Notes under the pieces: model-generated
Told to the model about the DNA's origin: nothing
The model's database searches: none
Seen by the model: only the letters and a program-made list of their open reading frames with translations
Assembly (NCBI GenBank): GCA_965218795.1
Contig: OZ244653.1
Location: 2,880,001 to 2,944,000 of the forward strand
Origin: a bacterium
GTDB taxonomy: Bacteria; UBA8248; JACPRG01; G963555815
Reading direction: 5' to 3'
DNA length: 64,000 nucleotides
Part shown: positions 60,023 to 64,000 of the stretch, in pieces
Layout: every line of letters starts with the position of its first letter
Numbering within the stretch: position 1 is the stretch's first letter
Made by a program: the position numbers and the translations under genes

Positions 60023-60111
60023 ATGGCGAAACGGAGAAGGGCAGATCAAACGAAAGGCATATTCTGCCTGGAGGGATACTGGGACAAGGGCAAGACCTCT
60101 GTTGAAAGGCT
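60023..60111 (+). pseudogene. N-terminal gene fragment truncated by IS630 remnant
   Basis: MAKRRRADQTKGIFCLEGYWDKGKTSVERL with GGAG RBS; resembles DUF6642-type N-termini (recall only). Confidence 0.35.
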
Positions 60112-61016
60112 GCGATGCCCGGTATGTGAGCCGATGGAAGACCCGGTTCCAACAAGAGGGACTGGCCGGCTTGTATTCCAGACATTGCGGTCGAGCGGTT
60201 CACAAGCGCACCCCCCGGCTGGAGGCTCGGATTCTGGACTGGACCAGGCGCCGACCACCGGACGGAGCGACGCACTGGAGTAGTCGCAAGCTGGCGCGGC
60301 AGTTGGGCACCAACCACATGATGGTGGCCCGGGTTTGGAAACGTGCGGGTCTGCAACCCCACCGCATTCAACGTTACATGGCATCGAATGATCCGGACTT
60401 TGAGAAGAAGGCGGCCGATATCATTGGCCTCTATGTCAACCCGCCGCAACACGCCGCCGTTTTCTGTGTGGATGAAAAAACCGCCATTCAGGCCTTGGAC
60501 CGATTCGATCCCGTGTTGCCGCTTTCTCCGGGTCGCGCCGAGCGTCACGGTTTCGAGTATTACCGGCACGGAACGCTCTCGCTGTATGCGGCCCTGAATA
60601 CAAAGACCGGCGAGGTCATCGGCAAGACCGCAGCGAGGCACACCAGCGAGGCCTTTGTGGCTTTCCTTTCTGGCATCGTGGCCAGACAACCCAAGCGGCG
60701 TGAAATTCACATCATCGCAGACAATCTGTCGGCTCATAAGAGCCGCCGCGTGCGACAGTTTCTTGACGCTCACCCGCGCGTGCATTTGCATTTCACCCCA
60801 ACTTATTCCTCTTGGTTGAATCAGGTCGAAATCTGGTTCGCAAAAATCCAACGCGACGTCATTGCCCGCGGCGTCTTCACTTCGGTTCCTGATTTGGCTC
60901 GAAAACTGATGCGCTATATTCGACAGTGCAACAAGAAACCCAAACCCATCAAGTGGAGCTATACTGATGGCTCACGGCGAATCACCACTAGCAAAGTCTC
61001 TGTTACAAGGTACTAG
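60112..61016 (+). mobile_element. 5'-truncated IS630 element
   Basis: YVSRWKTRF...CVDEKT...PTYSSWLNQVEIWF; ends gttacaaggtac-tag. Confidence 0.9.
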
Positions 61017-61262
61017 ATCGCGCCCGGCGCTCTTCTGCTCGACGAGCAGGACGCCCGGCCAGAACAGGTCGATGTAGCCGTGCGTGTTGTCGAGGTTCCT
61101 GACGGGTTCCTCGAAGGCGGCCACCCTGCGGACGGGCACGCCGAAGACATCGAAGAAGTCGTTGTAGAAGAGCTGGGTCTGCCCCTTCTCGTAGCCCTCG
61201 CCCGCCCATTCCCGCGCGAAGGCGGCGGCGCGGGCGCGAATCTCATTCCACGACAGGCGCAT
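61013..61262 (-). pseudogene. N-terminus of MmeI-like type IIL/IIG restriction-modification enzyme, truncated by IS630
   Basis: MRLSWNEIRARAAAFAREW..YEKGQTQLFYNDFF..FEEPV..IDLFWPGVLLVEQKSAGRDL. Confidence 0.85.
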
Positions 61263-61414
61263 TCAGTCGGGTCTTTCTGCTTTGTCCGGGAGCGAATTTC
61301 CGGGTCAGGCGGCGGTACGCCTGCGCGGGAATGACGACCCGCAGAGCGTCCAAGTCCTCATCCAGCCTGTCCGATCGTATTGCTTCACGCCGTCGATCCG
61401 ACCGGAGCCCGGCT

Positions 61415-62239
61415 TCAGAACGCATAGCGAAAGGAGAGCATAAACCCATGACTCGCCAGATCTGCCTGGGTTGAAGCGAGATCGAGATCCAGCGGCGCGC
61501 GGCTTCCGTCGCGCCAGACGATCCGGCCCCGGCCCCTGCCGGTTTCGACGGCGCCGTAATCCGTGTAACGCCAGGCGAGATCGAGGGTCACCTTCTCCCC
61601 GAGCGGCGCCGAGACTCCTGCGGTCAGCATCCAGGCGAGATTGACCCGTTGTCCGCCCGGAACGATGGTCGTCGTCCTCGTGAACTCCATGCGCGTCTCT
61701 TCGATGTCGATGCGGACGAGACCAACACCGGCGCCGATGAACGGGCCGAAGGGACCGAGCCGGGGCAGGCCGAGTTCGGAGAGGTCGAGATAGGCGGCGA
61801 GCATACCGGTCAAGGAGGACAGATCCGCGGAGACGGCCTGCCGGCCCGTGGTCTGGGTAAAATTGGCGCGGCCCTCGAAGGAGAAGCCCGGGCGGTGCTG
61901 AACGAGGGCTTCGAGCCGCAGGGCGGGCGCCGCGGCATAACCGATGCCGAGCGCGAAACCGGCCGTGATCCCGAAATCGCCGAGGGAGCTCAGGGGCGCG
62001 CCGTCGTTACCGCTTCCGCAGCCATAGAGGGCCGCCGGGGAGGTGCTCGAACAGTCCTCATCCTTGAACCGCGTTTGTGCCGACCCGTCCAGAACAAACC
62101 CGGCCCGGAAATAGAAATCATCCGGGGCCACGGATCCCGAGGACACCGGCCTCTGCGCGGATGTGATGGCCGGAACAGCCGTGGCCGCGACCGCCGCGAT
62201 GAGCGCTGTCCGAAACCATGACGCACAATGATGGATCAT
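61415..62239 (-). CDS. Outer membrane beta-barrel (opacity/OmpA-like) protein
   Basis: Signal peptide, GIGY, PFIGAGVG, LDLAWRYTDYG, C-terminal FRYAF. Confidence 0.85.
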   Translation of the reverse strand: MIHHCASWFRTALIAAVAATAVPAITSAQRPVSSGSVAPDDFYFRAGFVLDGSAQTRFKDEDCSSTSPAALYGCGSGNDGAPLSSLGDFGITAGFALGIGYAAAPALRLEALVQHRPGFSFEGRANFTQTTGRQAVSADLSSLTGMLAAYLDLSELGLPRLGPFGPFIGAGVGLVRIDIEETRMEFTRTTTIVPGGQRVNLAWMLTAGVSAPLGEKVTLDLAWRYTDYGAVETGRGRGRIVWRDGSRAPLDLDLASTQADLASHGFMLSFRYAF

Positions 62240-62407
62240 GGGTTTTCCCCGGTCTTCGCGCCGACCGAGGCGGCGGCGCAGACGCGAATCTCGTTCCACG
62301 ACAGGCGCATGTCATCGGGTTCTTTTCTCACCGGGATTCTCCGAACGGTCCTCGTCTGCCACCGGAATCATAACCGGGCGGGACGAACCGATGGCCTTTG
62401 GGGGGCC

Positions 62408-62933
62408 TTATGACGGTTTTCCGAACGTGGCGACCCGATCCACGCGACACTCGAACAGGACGCGCTTCTCCTCGATCACGGGGTCTCTGAGCGCGTAGGG
62501 CGGGTCCTGGCCCGTGTATTTCGTCCAGATGCGGTCGAGCTGCTCACCGGCTTTCTCCCCGCCCGGCTCGCCTTCTCGTATCTCGTTGGTGACCGTGCAC
62601 TTGATGCTCATCCAGTGGTAAGGGTTCTCGGGGTTCACGAGCAGGATCGTGAGGCGCGGGTTTTCTCTTATCCACCCGCATTTCGCTCGGTGCGAGGCCG
62701 TGTTCACCAAAATCGTATCGCCCTCGTAGTCAAACCACATGGGCGTTCAGATTCACCCGCCCGTCCGGGCCGGTTAAACCCAGCGTGACCGTGATCGGCA
62801 TGTCCAGCAATTGTTTGTAGATGGGGTCCAGCTCCGCCAGGCCGCTCGCCTTTTTCCTCTCGCCCACCGCGAACTGGCCCTCCTGCACGCCCTCGGACAC
62901 ATCCTTGAACCGGGCTACGGTGAATTCCGCCAT
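62408..62933 (-). pseudogene. Pyridoxamine 5'-phosphate oxidase-like protein, +1 frameshift
   Basis: TLGLTGPDGRVNL / MWFDYEGDTILVNT..RAK..NPENPYHW; extra base near 62747. Confidence 0.8.
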
Positions 62934-63344
62934 CGCGCGCCTCCTCCTGATGAAAAGAAATGGATTTTCCGAACGCTAGCAGAGGGGAGGCGATGCGGCA
63001 AGAGGAGTGGATGATGCCCTTGACATGTACTGAGGCGGTCATCACCTGACAGTTTGACCGTCAGCTCGCGACCGCAAGCGTCGGGCGCGCCGGCTTCGCC
63101 TGCGCAATCATGCGTGATGCCGAAGGGCGTTAGCGCCGAACGACAGGCGCGATAGCCATGGCCGCGGGGCCGGGATGACGGCGCAGCGCGAACGAGCATG
63201 GGCGGACATCTTGCATATCGGGCCGCGCTTTGTGATAAATTAGGGACGGGAATGAACAAGCGGTCGCGACCTGTTCCCCCCGATCGGGGGCGCTTTTTCG
63301 GCGCCGGCGTGTTTGTTGCTGGATACGAAAGGGAGGGGTGAAGG

Positions 63345-64000
63345 ATGAAGAAATTCAGGATGACGTTGGGAGCGGTTCTTTTTTCCCTGGCAACGATGCC
63401 GTTCCTGGTCGCCAACGCCGCCGGGATGGACGGATGGTACGGCGGCCTGGAGCTGGGAATGGCGATGTCTCCGGAGATCGCGATATCCGGTCAGGACAAC
63501 GATTTCCAAGGAAGTAGCAACGTTTGCGACGGGTTCATTGGAGGTGATCCAGGTCATTCTGACTGCGTTGCCCGCGGCAACACATGGGAAAACGCGTTCG
63601 ACGGAGGCACCGGGATTCTGTCCGGTTTGACGTTGGGCTACCGTCTGGGTTCGATCAGAATCGAGGGGGAGTATTTCTATCGCACCGCAGGCTATGACCA
63701 TGAGAACACGCCGACGATTGCGGGCTTGTCAGAGGAGAAGCTCAACGAATTGGGCGTCGGCATCAACAGTTCCGTCCATCTCGGCGACCTCGCATCCCAC
63801 AGTCTTTTCTTCAACGTCTACTATGACATCCCCATCGGCACGAAGTTTCGGCCGTACGTGGGAGCGGGAGCGGGTTATTCAAGCATCTCGTTTGATTATG
63901 CCGCCAACTTCACGCGGTCCGTAGATCTGGATCCCCCTGTTGCCGGAACGACCACCGTTGCCAAAGAGACGTTTTCGGATGACGGGTTTGGTTATCAGTT
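63345..64000 (+). CDS. Outer membrane beta-barrel protein, runs off window
   Basis: MKKFRMTLGAVLFSLA, GWYGGLELG, LGYRLGSIRIEGEYFYR, NVYYDIP, PYVGAGAG. Confidence 0.82.
   Translation, partial: MKKFRMTLGAVLFSLATMPFLVANAAGMDGWYGGLELGMAMSPEIAISGQDNDFQGSSNVCDGFIGGDPGHSDCVARGNTWENAFDGGTGILSGLTLGYRLGSIRIEGEYFYRTAGYDHENTPTIAGLSEEKLNELGVGINSSVHLGDLASHSLFFNVYYDIPIGTKFRPYVGAGAGYSSISFDYAANFTRSVDLDPPVAGTTTVAKETFSDDGFGYQ

Noticed and set aside
59982-61016. Full-length 344-aa IS630 transposase
   Set aside because: The first ~43 codons are unrelated upstream sequence; the left IR and N-terminal HTH start are missing.
62740-62752. Programmed frameshift in the PPOX-like gene
   Set aside because: No slippery heptamer; a single-base insertion or sequencing error is simpler.

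Overview
GC-rich, probably alphaproteobacterial (inference) accessory region. It is a mosaic, partly decayed mobilizable island with these parts. (1) 1-20.5 kb: two inverted, diverged ~3.7-kb copies of a backbone module (ssb, toprim primase, DUF4326, DUF2493/SLOG), each followed by its own RHH gene. Cargo includes a CBS-HEPN protein, a DUF4145 protein and a 4x zinc-finger protein, and recD2 is broken by IS630. (2) 20.7-40.6 kb: lower-GC defence island. An IS3-split HEPN gene precedes a DNA phosphorothioation-like locus: PLD-SF2 helicase (frameshifted), small protein, DndD-like SMC ATPase with a C-terminal CxC motif, a 153-aa partner, a GHKL/MORC-histidine kinase and a receiver-like protein. 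These converge on PAPS reductase, BrxC/SspC-like ATPase and DUF4007, with a divergent cysteine desulfurase. (3) 41-46.8 kb: MOBF relaxase and coupling protein, with no T4SS in the window. (4) 47-64 kb: Calx-beta autotransporter with an upstream heptamer SSR, DcaP porin, LysR, degenerate tRNA-Asn, Y-family polymerase/S24 cassette, IS remnants, truncated MmeI-like gene and outer-membrane beta-barrels. The most notable element is the hybrid Ssp/BREX4-like plus CxC/Dnd-like sulfur-modification locus carrying an embedded GHKL-kinase/receiver pair. All family calls come from motif recognition by eye; no searches were run.
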